Shown here piece by piece: positions 41,992-52,615 of a stretch of DNA of 64,000 nucleotides; position 1 is the stretch's first letter; each line of letters starts with the position of its first letter. Location: NCBI GenBank assembly GCA_000146465.1, contig CP001946.1; one strand, given 5' to 3'. The notes beneath the pieces are model-generated. The model was not told where the DNA came from, searched no databases, and saw only the letters and a program-made list of their open reading frames with translations. The position numbers were made by a program, and so were the translations under genes.

Positions 41992-43158
41992 ATGAAGACA
42001 ATTAATGATGTAGACATCGAAGGAAAATCTGTATTTCTCCGAGCAGACCTCAATGTCCCCTTGTCCAACTCTACAGTTTTAAATAATTTTAAGATAGTTT
42101 CTGTGCTACCAACAATCCGTCTCCTTTACTCCAAAAACCCCAAAAGGGTGATCATTGGAAGCCATTTCGGAAGACCCCGGGGGAAATACTCCAGGGATCT
42201 TTCTCTCCAACCCGTGTACCGGGCACTAAAAGAACTTCTTAGTAAGGAGCTTGGAATAGACCTGATTTTCTGCGATCTATGGGATGTTGGAAGTATAGAA
42301 GATGCATGGGTATTGGTGGAGAACCTAAGGTTTTATTACGGCGAGGAAGAAAGTGATGACCAAAATACCGTCCGTTGCTACAGGAATGTTTTTGTGAACA
42401 ATATGGACATTGCAGTCATAGACGCATTTGGATGTCTTCATAGAAAGTGTGGATCTATACAAAGGACAGGATTGCCTTCGTACTCAGGGCTTTTAGTCCA
42501 GAAGGAGCTGGTCTCTGCAAGAGAAATAATGAGAGAAAATATAGATCTTATGATACTAGGAGGGAAAAAGGCGTCTGATAAGATCAAACTGCTCAAGTCT
42601 TTGGGAGAAAGGACTAGGAGCTTGTTTATTACTGGAGGATTGGCATTCCCATTTATTAAATATATATTTGGAAGGGAAGTTGGAAAGAGCATCTGCTCAG
42701 ACGTTTCCGAAGAAGAAGTAAAGAGTATATATGAGATCTGTAGAAAGTACGGAACAAATATAGTCCTTCCCATTGACTTTGTTGTTCTCTCTGGCGGAAA
42801 GATATGCATAACCAATGGCATACCTTCTGAGGGAAATGCAATGGACATAGGGCCTGGGACTGTGGAACTGTTGAGGAAGGAAGTATCTAAGGCTCGGGTA
42901 GTCTTTTGGAACGGACCTCCAGGAGTGTTTGAGGAAAAAGACTTTTCCGAAGGGACAAAAGCTCTAGTGAGCATTCTGGAGAGTCTAAAGAAAGAAGAGA
43001 AGAAATCCTTTTGTGGAGGAGGAGAGACTGTAGGTGCAATTAAGTTGTTTGGAAACTATGACAACTTTACTTATGTGTCTACAGGGGGAGGAGCACTGAT
43101 GAAGCTGCTGAGTGGGGAAAATCTTCCCGGCCTTGACTTCCTCTCAAACCAACCTTGA
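41992..43158 (+). CDS. Phosphoglycerate kinase.
   Basis: The N-terminal LRADLNVP, the hinge regions and the C-terminal GGGA…STGGGA nucleotide-binding segments are typical of PGK. Confidence 0.9.
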   Translation: MKTINDVDIEGKSVFLRADLNVPLSNSTVLNNFKIVSVLPTIRLLYSKNPKRVIIGSHFGRPRGKYSRDLSLQPVYRALKELLSKELGIDLIFCDLWDVGSIEDAWVLVENLRFYYGEEESDDQNTVRCYRNVFVNNMDIAVIDAFGCLHRKCGSIQRTGLPSYSGLLVQKELVSAREIMRENIDLMILGGKKASDKIKLLKSLGERTRSLFITGGLAFPFIKYIFGREVGKSICSDVSEEEVKSIYEICRKYGTNIVLPIDFVVLSGGKICITNGIPSEGNAMDIGPGTVELLRKEVSKARVVFWNGPPGVFEEKDFSEGTKALVSILESLKKEEKKSFCGGGETVGAIKLFGNYDNFTYVSTGGGALMKLLSGENLPGLDFLSNQP

Positions 43159-43180
43159 GTCTAAAATCAAACTAAGTAGG

Positions 43181-44371
43181 CTATCCCAAGACATTCTTGG
43201 AGTTAATGATCCAGGCATCGTTCTGAGAAAGATCATAGGATACGAAAGACATTTCGTCCCTAAAGCTAGGACAGGAAATGAATAATGTACCTTCTACTGG
43301 CACAACAAACGGATATAGATCCTGGCCTACAACAAACACATCAGGAATGGTATCAATGTCTAGATTCGAGATCCCAAATGGATTGAAGCTGTATTGCGAC
43401 AGAACAACTCTGGCAAAAGAATCTACATAATTCTTCCCAATAAAAGTTCCTTTTTCCTTGTATCTAAACAAATCATCTCTAATAACTCCGATTGAGAAAT
43501 TATCGGTCTCAAGTTTAAATGGGTTGCTTGCTGCCTTAATAATCTTACTGTATTCCTCCGGCACCTCTATCTCCTTTGGAAGAAAGGAAGGATAGACATC
43601 ATCGGCATCTGGGCACAGAATGATATCTGGAATGGATCCAAGTGCGTTGTTCGGCCTAAGTCCATTCATAAAGCTGGTGTAGGAAATACCAGATGATTTC
43701 CCAGAACAAAGCTTCCCCATTAGCACAACAACACCTGTTGGAATCTTGTTTAGAATCTTTCTCAAGGTTGTTCCGTTGGCTTCATTCATATGGAAGTCTG
43801 AAAAAAATAACACCTTAAGATCTCTCCTCTCCTCTTTAGCTTTCTTCGAGGTCTTCTCTATACTGGGGAGATGCACTCTAGACATTACAAATCTGTCTCC
43901 TGTTTTTCTTCCCTCCATAGCTACAAAGATGTTATCACATAGAAACACATCTTCATGACACTCGCTTGTATCGATAGGAATTATGTCCCCATCATCCTCC
44001 AAAACCTCTCTTCCGTTTCTGTCCTTGTAATAACATCCAAAGATAGTGGCATGGTCCTCGTCCAACAAATATATAGGCGTGACTACTCTTTCTATCTTCT
44101 GGAGAAGATGTCTATACTTCAATAGATCGTTCTTCTCCTTGAAATTCTGGCTTAAGACATTATAGACGTCCTTCCGGGTGTCCAGAGACTCGATAATCTC
44201 TCGGATTAGACCTAGGTCTGCAAGCTTCGGTCCGCTTCTCCTCTTGTACTCAATCGATATGTTTTCCAGCATTGAATCATTCTTGATATTGTGTTCCAAA
44301 TATTCCAACGTCTCAGAAGAAAGCATTATTCCTTTCTTGCAGGTAAATTCCTTGTAGATACTTTCTCTCAT
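43181..44371 (-). CDS. Candidate DNA polymerase accessory B subunit (Pol alpha/delta/epsilon B-subunit family, Dpb2-like).
   Basis: An inactive calcineurin-like phosphoesterase pattern (VLFFSDFHMNE, LCPDADDVYPSF, IPDVFVVGQDLYPF) follows an N-terminal helical/OB region. The assignment is tentative. Confidence 0.45.
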   Translation of the reverse strand: MRESIYKEFTCKKGIMLSSETLEYLEHNIKNDSMLENISIEYKRRSGPKLADLGLIREIIESLDTRKDVYNVLSQNFKEKNDLLKYRHLLQKIERVVTPIYLLDEDHATIFGCYYKDRNGREVLEDDGDIIPIDTSECHEDVFLCDNIFVAMEGRKTGDRFVMSRVHLPSIEKTSKKAKEERRDLKVLFFSDFHMNEANGTTLRKILNKIPTGVVVLMGKLCSGKSSGISYTSFMNGLRPNNALGSIPDIILCPDADDVYPSFLPKEIEVPEEYSKIIKAASNPFKLETDNFSIGVIRDDLFRYKEKGTFIGKNYVDSFARVVLSQYSFNPFGISNLDIDTIPDVFVVGQDLYPFVVPVEGTLFISCPSFRDEMSFVSYDLSQNDAWIINSKNVLG

Positions 44372-44419
44372 TCCTCCAGGGGAAATTTTCTCAGTCCTTC
44401 ACAATCTTGCCAAATAGTT

Positions 44420-45097
44420 TTATTTAGATTTCTTAGACTCCATTTGCATCTGCTCCCTCAGTCCGTTGTATTTGTCTAGAAGGCTAAAATACTCGTTTTG
44501 GTTGTTCTTCAGCTGCTTTATCAAGATGTCTCCAGACAAAATCTTTTTCTTCAGATCTCCAATCTCTGCTTCCAATTCCTCTATCTTTTCGCTTTTCTTT
44601 GTATTTTCTTCCAAAATCTTCTCAACATATTTCTTCTGATTCATCGACTGCTTCCTGAGGAGATGTGCAGACTCCTCTTCTTTAAAGAGCAGGCACATCG
44701 TTCTAGTGAACATCCGAAATATAATTCCCAGAAACAAGGTAAATCCCGTCAGATACATGTTTCTCTCTGCCTGGTATAGTACGAAAGGATTGATGTGATC
44801 CTCTCCCGTATAGATCTTATATGCCGAGTCCACAAACATTATGAGTATCATTGCAAACAGAACATAGATTATATGAAGAAACCCTCTGTAAAGCTTCGAC
44901 GTTGGAAAAAGCCTTATCATTCTCTTTTTGAGGTTCTTTGATATCGGAAGCAGCATAAACGTGAACATGCACATTTCTCCAAAAAGAATACTTTGCACAA
45001 GTTGTGTGGTAATCCCCATGTTGTTTAAGTAATCTGGAAAAAATAAACCTGGACTATGAAACATCTCGGCAAACAAATAGTTTAATACTTCACTCAT
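44420..45097 (-). CDS. Bap31/Yet3-like ER membrane protein with three TM helices, a C-terminal coiled coil and a dilysine tail.
   Basis: Three N-terminal hydrophobic helices are followed by an EELEAEIGDLKKKI coiled coil and a C-terminal …KKSK. Its ATG overlaps the last codons of the upstream gene. Confidence 0.65.
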   Translation of the reverse strand: MSEVLNYLFAEMFHSPGLFFPDYLNNMGITTQLVQSILFGEMCMFTFMLLPISKNLKKRMIRLFPTSKLYRGFLHIIYVLFAMILIMFVDSAYKIYTGEDHINPFVLYQAERNMYLTGFTLFLGIIFRMFTRTMCLLFKEEESAHLLRKQSMNQKKYVEKILEENTKKSEKIEELEAEIGDLKKKILSGDILIKQLKNNQNEYFSLLDKYNGLREQMQMESKKSK

Positions 45098-46292
45098 CCC
45101 CCGTAAGGTTCATGTCTTCAATAAGACCTCTTCTTAATGCAATCAGTTCGTTCCTCACTCTTTGTGTAGATAAATACAAGTCCTTATAGGCTCCTATTTT
45201 CATTTTGATCTTATTCAGTAATGCCTCGCATATTACATTTCTCAACCTTTCTATTTTCTTTGTTTCCAAATCCTTCTGCTCTCTTGCCTTTTCCTTTCCT
45301 GCGTCTAATATACGCTGAACAACCACGTCTTGTGAGCATTGGCCGATATCCTTGATAGCAATCCGTGCACATTCAGATGCAACCTTTGGATGGACAATTC
45401 CACATATGAAGGCAATAATGCACATAATCGGATTCTCGGCCGTCTCAAATAGCCTTCCAACAGAAAGATCTGCCTTTGAAAATGTGTTCTCCAGTATTGG
45501 AAGCCGAAGGAAATGAAATATACATTGCTCTTTTGTCTTGGTTTCTACATGCTGACTTACCAAATTCCACTCATCTCCGAACTTATTGATTCCCTCCAAC
45601 AGAAGAAACTCCTCTTTTTTGGACCACATGTTTTTAACCAGAGATTCGGTAATGGGGAGAAAGTCCGATCTTAGAATAGTTGCTGGGTAGACTCCATTAT
45701 CAATGCATTCCGAGCATCTAAATACTAAAGACCTTGTGAAAAATGATGCCTTTTCCCCACAGTTACACATAGATCCTTCCAAATGTCTTTTTATATCCAC
45801 AATCTCTTCGGTGTCTCCTTCTTTAGAAGTCTCTTGCACAGAAATGCCATCCTCAATCTTGAAAGACTCAAGGTTTTTGATCTCCTTTACAATCATGCTT
45901 CTACAATTGATTAAACCCCACCTCTCTGAAAACGAAAAGATCTTAAGCATCCAGTACAGATCTATATCCACCAGTGTCAGGGCTTTCCCAACAGTCATCG
46001 GCCTGCACCCATTTTCATAACTATCGATTATTCTGTCTCTACTCTCCACATATTTTTCTTTCCCAACAGCCCGGATAACCTCATCCATGCTTGGAAGTTC
46101 TAATTGACTTACTTCGCCCTTCCTAAACCAGTCGGGGTGCTTCATCTGGTATGTTTCTGTGTCTACAAAGTCCAAAACCCCGCTTTTCATCCCAAATGCT
46201 TTGGATGTTTTCGGGGGATTTGCATTGGGTCTCTTCCTTCCATAGATCTCCTCGATCTCAACACTTTCTTGCAATGGGAAAATGTTTTCCAT
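45090..46292 (-). CDS. SWI/SNF or RSC complex subunit of the Swi3/Rsc8/SMARCC type, with SWIRM, zinc-finger, SANT and coiled-coil elements.
   Basis: The SWIRM-like block is …CRPMTVGKALTLVDIDLYWMLKIFSFSERWGLINC. A Cys-rich CNCGEK…FRCSECID finger is present. A SANT/Myb block is KKEEFLLLEGINKFGDEWNLVSQHV. A C-terminal leucine-zipper-like helix follows. Confidence 0.7.
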   Translation of the reverse strand: MENIFPLQESVEIEEIYGRKRPNANPPKTSKAFGMKSGVLDFVDTETYQMKHPDWFRKGEVSQLELPSMDEVIRAVGKEKYVESRDRIIDSYENGCRPMTVGKALTLVDIDLYWMLKIFSFSERWGLINCRSMIVKEIKNLESFKIEDGISVQETSKEGDTEEIVDIKRHLEGSMCNCGEKASFFTRSLVFRCSECIDNGVYPATILRSDFLPITESLVKNMWSKKEEFLLLEGINKFGDEWNLVSQHVETKTKEQCIFHFLRLPILENTFSKADLSVGRLFETAENPIMCIIAFICGIVHPKVASECARIAIKDIGQCSQDVVVQRILDAGKEKAREQKDLETKKIERLRNVICEALLNKIKMKIGAYKDLYLSTQRVRNELIALRRGLIEDMNLTGDE

Positions 46293-46368
46293 CCAGGGCT
46301 ACACCCAAGGGAGTTAAAGAATAACAGAGTAATTTATTCTAGCTTGGCTATGGGAAGAAACATTCGCT

Positions 46369-47529
46369 TCAAAATATTTCCGAGTCGTCGACAGAGGAAT
46401 AGTCATCGTCCATATGATCTTCCATGTCAATTCTATATCTTAAGATCCCTCCAATCCCTCCAAATCCTTCGGCAAATTGCGTTCCCTCCGCGCTCTTGTC
46501 GCTTACAAACATCAAAGTGCATCCAAAGCTCTTGTAGTTTTCGGCAATCCAGTCCACAAACAGCTCTTCGTCCTTGACATTCGTTAGATTCTCATAGACT
46601 ATAAGCGTCTCCACAGCCCCCATCTCCAGGCATTGCATTGTTTCCTTCATCGTAAAACAAAACTTACCGCTCTCTGTGTTGATCTCATCAAAGAACTTCT
46701 GAAGCACCTTCTTTTCCTTGGACAGCTTTACGTCTTTAAGAATATCCTCGCATAGCTCGATGGCTTGATTCAGTCCTCCCTCTCCCCCATAGTTGGTATC
46801 AACCGTCTTTATCACCTTTATACGGTTGTCCAATGCCTGAGATAGCTCGTGCTTGAGATCAGACTGCCCTGCAAGTACAAGCCCCTCCACATTCATAATA
46901 CAGTTCGTCAGAAACAGATTCCCTGCTATCTCTGCAACCTTTTTGACATAGGCATTCCTCTTTTCAACTCTAAGACGTGCAAATCTTACTGACGATTGCC
47001 CTCCTCGTCCATGTTTTTTTGGAAGATCCACATGTATTTGCTGCAGAATCGTCTTCACATTCCCCTGAAGAGTTGCAAACACAGTAGAATGCCCATCCAT
47101 CACAATAAACCCGTACTTGGCCTCGTCTTCAAAAAGTGCCAAGAGATCGTCTACATGGAACTTCGAGTCACACATGTACAAGGATGTGTTCACAGGCTTG
47201 ATAGGCTCAATCCCAACACTGACCTTCTTCTCCTTGTTCTGATCCATAAGAACAGTTCCAACAAATATCCCAAGGCCGTTCGGAGGTGTCTTGTTATACT
47301 GCTTCAGCTTACTTTGAGCAGAGGTGATAGCCCCAAGAACGCTTAGCCTGTTTACTCTTGACTTGATATTCGATGCAGTTCCATACTCATCCGTAAGCAT
47401 CTTCGAAACCCTGGATATCTGATCCCTAGGAGGAATGATTATAGATATCATCGATGTCCCGTTTCCCCGACTGTCGCGAAGGTTCTTCAATAGCTTCTTC
47501 ATCCTCCACATCTCCACTTCATCCAGCAT
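46369..47529 (-). CDS. Eukaryotic peptide chain release factor eRF1.
   Basis: The NIKS motif ([11 protein letters not shown]), the GGQ motif ([14 protein letters not shown]) and the overall three-domain eRF1 pattern are present. Confidence 0.95.
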   Translation of the reverse strand: MLDEVEMWRMKKLLKNLRDSRGNGTSMISIIIPPRDQISRVSKMLTDEYGTASNIKSRVNRLSVLGAITSAQSKLKQYNKTPPNGLGIFVGTVLMDQNKEKKVSVGIEPIKPVNTSLYMCDSKFHVDDLLALFEDEAKYGFIVMDGHSTVFATLQGNVKTILQQIHVDLPKKHGRGGQSSVRFARLRVEKRNAYVKKVAEIAGNLFLTNCIMNVEGLVLAGQSDLKHELSQALDNRIKVIKTVDTNYGGEGGLNQAIELCEDILKDVKLSKEKKVLQKFFDEINTESGKFCFTMKETMQCLEMGAVETLIVYENLTNVKDEELFVDWIAENYKSFGCTLMFVSDKSAEGTQFAEGFGGIGGILRYRIDMEDHMDDDYSSVDDSEIF

Positions 47530-47592
47530 CTCATGGGCAGCTGCAAATATTTTTATGCTTGGAAAATACTGCTACAGAATAATGAAAACACA

Positions 47593-48336
47593 CTATTTTT
47601 TATTACGTTTACAAGCATTTATATCGATGAATACATCATCCGATTCTGGCTCGTCGGGAAGGTCCACATTCTCAAGCTTTTCCTTCTTATACTTCAATTC
47701 AGTTGCCTTTTGCAAAAGCCCTGTTATGACATCGCTGATTTCATTTTTCTCCTCCTCAGACTCCTTTTGCTCTTGCTCAGCCCTGTATATCCCTATTGTC
47801 TTGTCATAGTACTCTTTGCTTCTTTCAAAGTCCTGCAGAAACTCATAACAGTTTGCGAGGGACAAGTACACATCAGCATACTTGAAGCAGTCTTTTTCAT
47901 ATATCTTGTCCATAACTGCAACACACTCAACCAACTCGTGAAGTGCATCCCGAAACTCATTGTTTAGAAGGCAGATCTCTCCTTGAAGAAACCTTGTCCG
48001 TGCCAGCATCGAGTAGTCTTTCAATATATTGAAGGCATTCTTGCATATCTCCAGAAGATTCCATGCAATCTCCAGATCATCTTCTGCTCCCTTTCTCTCT
48101 TCTAGATTCAGCCCCTTCCTTCCACTGATCTTGGATATCTCCTCAATAAAAAACATATCCGAACTCTTGATAAGAGCATCCGCATACTCGATATAAAGAT
48201 AAGGAACCTTCTCATCATCAGGATTCACTCCTTCAAGGATCTCACTGTATATTCCAATTCCATGCTCAAACTCGCCCTGGGCTATAGATGCTCGAGCCTC
48301 CGAAAGCAATGGAAAGGCTTCAGCAAGATCTTCCAT
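47593..48336 (-). CDS. TPR-repeat protein resembling the NASP/Hif1/Sim3 histone-chaperone family.
   Basis: DLEIAWNLLEICKNAF…RFLQGEICLLNNEFRDALHELVECVAV…YLSLANCYEFLQDFERSKEYYDKTIGIY parallels the NASP SHNi-TPR pattern. An acidic C-terminal tail is present. The start was taken at the internal Met to avoid overlap; the track ORF extends to 48399. Confidence 0.5.
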   Translation of the reverse strand: MEDLAEAFPLLSEARASIAQGEFEHGIGIYSEILEGVNPDDEKVPYLYIEYADALIKSSDMFFIEEISKISGRKGLNLEERKGAEDDLEIAWNLLEICKNAFNILKDYSMLARTRFLQGEICLLNNEFRDALHELVECVAVMDKIYEKDCFKYADVYLSLANCYEFLQDFERSKEYYDKTIGIYRAEQEQKESEEEKNEISDVITGLLQKATELKYKKEKLENVDLPDEPESDDVFIDINACKRNKK

Positions 48337-48361
48337 ACAAGGGAGAAAAAATTTCTTTATA

Positions 48362-48940
48362 TCAATAGCTATTGTTCCGGAAGTATTCTTTTGGATCAAA
48401 TCGGTGGAAGTCGCAATAGTATCTCCATCCTAGGGTAATGACAAGTCTTTCCTCGTCTCGGACTGCAAAGAGATACCCTTGGCCCTTTGCCCATCTCAGA
48501 AACTCGGAAAAGTCATCTTCGCTCTCAAAAACTTCTGTCTTTTGCAGAAGAAACCATAGTCTAGATATCTCGACTGACTTCTGTTCTAGTACAACAAAAG
48601 TTAGCACTAGAATTAGTCTTCGAAATTCCTCGGTCGGATGTGGATCTACATCATTTGAAGGCTCCAGTCTTCTAATGAAATACTTCTCTGCATCCATAGG
48701 ATCAACAATCTCTACTTTGCTAATCCCAACGAGCTCAAGACCCAACTTTCTCAAATATTCTTTGGAGGCCTCTATGAGGACTATCACCTCCTTTATTCCA
48801 ACTTTAAGCTGTGCTCGAACACTCTGCTTCCTTGTTGGAACAGACTTCCTATGATTTTCTATCAACATCCTTACAAACTCTCCAACCAAGGCTTCATTGT
48901 TGTTCATAAGAAAGGACGAAGCGGTTATTTTCCTAGCCAT
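48362..48940 (-). CDS. Nse3/MAGE-homology-domain protein (Smc5/6 complex non-SMC element), tentative.
   Basis: LVGEFVRMLIENHRKSVPTRKQSV…VIVLIEASKEYLRKLGLELVGI and a second winged-helix-like block (LILVLTFVVLEQ…LWFLLQKTEVFESE) fit the MAGE domain pattern. Confidence 0.5.
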   Translation of the reverse strand: MARKITASSFLMNNNEALVGEFVRMLIENHRKSVPTRKQSVRAQLKVGIKEVIVLIEASKEYLRKLGLELVGISKVEIVDPMDAEKYFIRRLEPSNDVDPHPTEEFRRLILVLTFVVLEQKSVEISRLWFLLQKTEVFESEDDFSEFLRWAKGQGYLFAVRDEERLVITLGWRYYCDFHRFDPKEYFRNNSY

Positions 48941-48955
48941 TTTTACCCACCGAAA

Positions 48956-50875
48956 ATGCCTTCCAGCTTTGTGAGCCTAACTCCGCTCATAAGAACAGAA
49001 ACTGGGATATACTGCCATCTTCTGGAAGTAGATAATGTAAAGATTCTGATAAATTGTGGAGCATCTTACACAATGGACATGTCTATCTATGCCCCTATCC
49101 TTCCCCAGATACTTTCCTGTGATGCCATCCTCTTGACAAGCTTCGGCATCAATTGTATCGGAGGCCTACCCTATATCCTGCAGAACAACTATTATAACAA
49201 AGTCTTTTCTTCGGTACCGGTTAAGGTTCTTGGGAAGATATGCCTGGACGAGCATCTAAGAGGAATGGGGTTGGAGGCAGAAGTAGACATTGGATGCTTT
49301 GAAAGGATATCGGAGATAAAGTATTCGCAACCAACGATGGTAAACGATGTCGAGATATGTGCATACAACTCTGGAAATTCCATTGGAGGATGCTTGTACA
49401 AGATAAGCAAAGGCGCAGAGAAAATTGTTGTTGGGTTCAATGCAAACCATCGAAAGGAGAACCATCTTGATGGGATGGGATTTGCTGGAGTGGGAGATTG
49501 CAGTCTGTGTGTGTTTAATGGAAATCACGTTCTGGCCGAGAACATCTCGATTGCGAAGAGAGACAATATGTTCAGAGAAGCGATTGGAAGCGCCCTTGAT
49601 TTGGGAAGAAAAGTGATTTTGCCAGTGAAGTATTCACGATTTCTTGAGGTTGCTTTGATACTCAACAGTTTTATGGGGCAAAGAAGTGAAAAGATTGCAT
49701 GCCTGTCATACTTTGGGCAGAGATTTGTAGAAAGAGCAAAGTCGATGATAGAGTGGGCTGGAGAGAAGGTCTCCTCCATGTTTTCTGAAGAGAAGATCAA
49801 CCCATTTGAATTTGAAAAAATCGAGTTTATAGGACATTATCGGGATGTTTCTGAATTTGATGTTATAATTGTGATTGATGAGTATGTGCATGGAGGAATA
49901 CTCACGACGGTTCTTCACAAGTTTAATGATGAGAACAATGTTGTTTTTCTCACAGATCCCAGGATGGAAGCCATTATCAAAAAAGAGTCGTTGGGGATGA
50001 AGTGGTATGACTTCAGGCTTGTGGAAAGGGTAAATGAGAAGAAAAGGGGGAATGGAGACATTGAGGCCTCTGTCATTATAGACGATGCACCTGATGCAAA
50101 TGGAGCCGAGACACATTGGTCTGAAACGAGATATGAAGTATGGTGTGAAGGAGGAGATGAAGTCTTCCCGGCGGTATCAAGAAGGAGGGCATATGATGAC
50201 TATGGGGAGTACATGGACAGATCATTGTTCGTAAGTGAGATTCTCTCTGCAGAAGAAATATCTGAGGAAAAGATGGAGAAGGAGGTGGTAGTAGAAGAAA
50301 GAGAGGTTGCAGGGGAAGGAATTGTTTTGAAATACAGAGTTGAAAAGATGGACTTGATGGGAATCTCGGATTTGAACTCTTGCAAGATGATAATAGAAAC
50401 CATCTCTCCAAAGAAACTTGTATGCATTGGAGAGGATGAGGATACAGAGTGCTTCTTCTACCATACGTTCAAGTATATGCCGTGCTTTGAGGATGTATAC
50501 ATGTGTAGGAGCAAGATAATTCTGTCCTCCGATGTTTCTATGGGAATGGTGAAGCTAGATGAAGGATTCGACAGTCTGAACTACCAGATGATAGGGAATG
50601 ACACGGTGGGGAGTTTCCGAGGAGTCAGGGATGGAGATGTGGTGAGATGCATTGGAAACGGCCCCGGGGTGATGATAGGGCATGTAGACATTAATGAGCT
50701 AAGAAGAATGATCATCGAAAGGAACATGAGGGTGGAGCAGGAGGAAAACGGGCTACTGGTTGAAGATTGTGTGTGGATTAGGATAAATGCAGACGGGCTA
50801 ACGATAGATGGAAAAGACTCGGGAGTGTTTTATGCTGTTCGTGATGTTGTGTACATGAACTCGGCCTTCATATGA
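48956..50875 (+). CDS. CPSF100/Cft2-like beta-CASP protein (inactive metallo-beta-lactamase fold), a cleavage-polyadenylation factor subunit.
   Basis: The N-terminal segment LTPLIRTETGIYCHLLEVDNVKILINCGAS matches the CPSF MBL start. The His motif is replaced (LLTSFGINCIGGL), as in CPSF100. An acidic insert is present. The start was taken at the internal Met; the track ORF starts at 48851. Confidence 0.6.
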   Translation: MPSSFVSLTPLIRTETGIYCHLLEVDNVKILINCGASYTMDMSIYAPILPQILSCDAILLTSFGINCIGGLPYILQNNYYNKVFSSVPVKVLGKICLDEHLRGMGLEAEVDIGCFERISEIKYSQPTMVNDVEICAYNSGNSIGGCLYKISKGAEKIVVGFNANHRKENHLDGMGFAGVGDCSLCVFNGNHVLAENISIAKRDNMFREAIGSALDLGRKVILPVKYSRFLEVALILNSFMGQRSEKIACLSYFGQRFVERAKSMIEWAGEKVSSMFSEEKINPFEFEKIEFIGHYRDVSEFDVIIVIDEYVHGGILTTVLHKFNDENNVVFLTDPRMEAIIKKESLGMKWYDFRLVERVNEKKRGNGDIEASVIIDDAPDANGAETHWSETRYEVWCEGGDEVFPAVSRRRAYDDYGEYMDRSLFVSEILSAEEISEEKMEKEVVVEEREVAGEGIVLKYRVEKMDLMGISDLNSCKMIIETISPKKLVCIGEDEDTECFFYHTFKYMPCFEDVYMCRSKIILSSDVSMGMVKLDEGFDSLNYQMIGNDTVGSFRGVRDGDVVRCIGNGPGVMIGHVDINELRRMIIERNMRVEQEENGLLVEDCVWIRINADGLTIDGKDSGVFYAVRDVVYMNSAFI

Positions 50876-50932
50876 AGAGGCTTTTGAACATTAAATCCTG
50901 TGAATTTAGAGACTTACTTCTGTTGGCCCCAG

Positions 50933-52597
50933 ATGTATCTTGAACTCCAGAACCTCTCAAGCAAGAACAGATACGAGAGGTATAGAAAGAGCGACACCAT
51001 AGTGATTGACAACGGAACATACGAATGCAAGGCCGGATATTCTGGAGATGGACCGCAGATGGTCTTCAAAAACATTCTGTATCGCCACAAGACTGTGTCA
51101 TCGATAGAAAGCTTCCAAGGGGCATCTCCTAAGACAATGTTTGATGGCGACGTTGTGACCAACTTTGAAGTTTTGGAGAATGTCATTGACGAAATTCTTG
51201 AGTATTTGAAGCCGGAGAAGCTGAAGAACCTGATATTTACAGAAAAGATATTTAATCCGACACACGAGGACCTTGTGAAATTCTTGTTCGATGTCTATGG
51301 ATTCGAGAAGATACAGATTGGGGTGGATAGCTACTATTCGTATCTTTGGAATATGAGTGGGGAAGACTGCATGGTTGTGGACATGGCACATTCTGCAACC
51401 ACATGCCTTGTCATCTGCGGAGGGCGGATCATGGACGTCTACAAGATCAACTTTGGAGGAAAGGCTGCAGGAGATTATCTCTCGGCACTGATGTTTAACA
51501 AATTTTTCAATGGGAAGAAGAACTATAAGGGTCTAATTCCATATTTGAGATGCTCTTTGGACTATAGGAGAGAGACAGTTCAGATCCTTGAGGAAATGAA
51601 GGTGGGAAACTATTCAAGAAATTACTTTCTGGATGAGGAGCTCGAGATGGTGAAGGAAAAGCCTGTAGATAAGAAACAGAAGATGTGTGCTGCACCTATG
51701 GTCTCTACCTCCATGCCTGAGATCGATATGTGTCTTCTTAACACTGCAGATGTTGATCTGGATCCGGAAGAGATTAAGGAGAAGAAGAAACAGAAAATCT
51801 TGTACCACTCCACTCTCCATAGACTCAAGACCCGGGTCGAGAAGTGCTTAGAGAAACTATCCTCTCATATTTTGTACATGGAAGACGAGAGAGAGAAACT
51901 AGAGGATCTTGAGGGATTCATTAGCAAGAAAAAAACGGAGCTTCAGGCACTCAAGAGGGAGCTGGAGATAAGGAGTAGGTTAAGAAGAGATGTTAAGAAC
52001 AGAAAGACATATGAGTTTCAGGTTAGGTTTAAGGAGGGGGAATTGACTGCCGACGAGAAGACATTGGTTGAAAAAATAAGAGATGCCGAGGACTTAGACA
52101 AGGAAAATAAGATTCTGGAATCTTTGAAGAGCCTCATCCACCAGATAAAAGAACTAGATCCCTACTTTGAACCATATACAGCCGACACAGTTGACCTTCT
52201 TAGCGGCCATTTCATCGGAAGAATGAACGCAAACGTGGATCTCCTGAAGATTCCAGAGATAGTTTTTTCTCCTTCGATCATAGGACTAGACCAGATGGGG
52301 TTAACAGAGATAATGGAAGATGTTAGCAAAAAATATAGAGTGAAGAAGGTGCTATTAACAGGAGGTTTCTCTCAGATAAAGGATATCGATGTCCGCATAA
52401 GAAATGAAATGACAAGCATGTCGTTTGTGGGGGAGATCGAGGTTATAAAGGCCAAAGATCCTATAGGTGATTCGTTCCGAGGAGCAAGGATCTGCGAAGC
52501 ATTCCCCACATATACTCTGGAGGAATACAACCGTTCAGGGATTGTCGGAGTATGTAGGATTCCTGGGGAAAAATCGACTCTGAATCCCAAGTCTTGA
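50933..52597 (+). CDS. Actin-related protein with a long coiled-coil insertion (Arp5/Arp8-like, INO80 type).
   Basis: The actin-fold phosphate-1 motif is IVIDNGTYECKAGYSGDGPQ. The C-terminal actin-fold segment is KKVLLTGGFSQIKDI. About 150 aa of charged coiled coil are inserted. The start was taken at the Met preceded by CCC; the track ORF starts at 50900. Confidence 0.65.
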   Translation: MYLELQNLSSKNRYERYRKSDTIVIDNGTYECKAGYSGDGPQMVFKNILYRHKTVSSIESFQGASPKTMFDGDVVTNFEVLENVIDEILEYLKPEKLKNLIFTEKIFNPTHEDLVKFLFDVYGFEKIQIGVDSYYSYLWNMSGEDCMVVDMAHSATTCLVICGGRIMDVYKINFGGKAAGDYLSALMFNKFFNGKKNYKGLIPYLRCSLDYRRETVQILEEMKVGNYSRNYFLDEELEMVKEKPVDKKQKMCAAPMVSTSMPEIDMCLLNTADVDLDPEEIKEKKKQKILYHSTLHRLKTRVEKCLEKLSSHILYMEDEREKLEDLEGFISKKKTELQALKRELEIRSRLRRDVKNRKTYEFQVRFKEGELTADEKTLVEKIRDAEDLDKENKILESLKSLIHQIKELDPYFEPYTADTVDLLSGHFIGRMNANVDLLKIPEIVFSPSIIGLDQMGLTEIMEDVSKKYRVKKVLLTGGFSQIKDIDVRIRNEMTSMSFVGEIEVIKAKDPIGDSFRGARICEAFPTYTLEEYNRSGIVGVCRIPGEKSTLNPKS

Positions 52598-52615
52598 AAT
52601 AAAACACATCTTGAA

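Noticed and set aside
48362-48399. An apparent 38-bp overlap between the TPR/NASP-like ORF (track start 48399) and the Nse3-like ORF (stop 48362).
   Set aside because: It resolves by using the internal Met at 48336 for the TPR gene. That leaves a short non-overlapping gap, so I do not report it as a true coding overlap.
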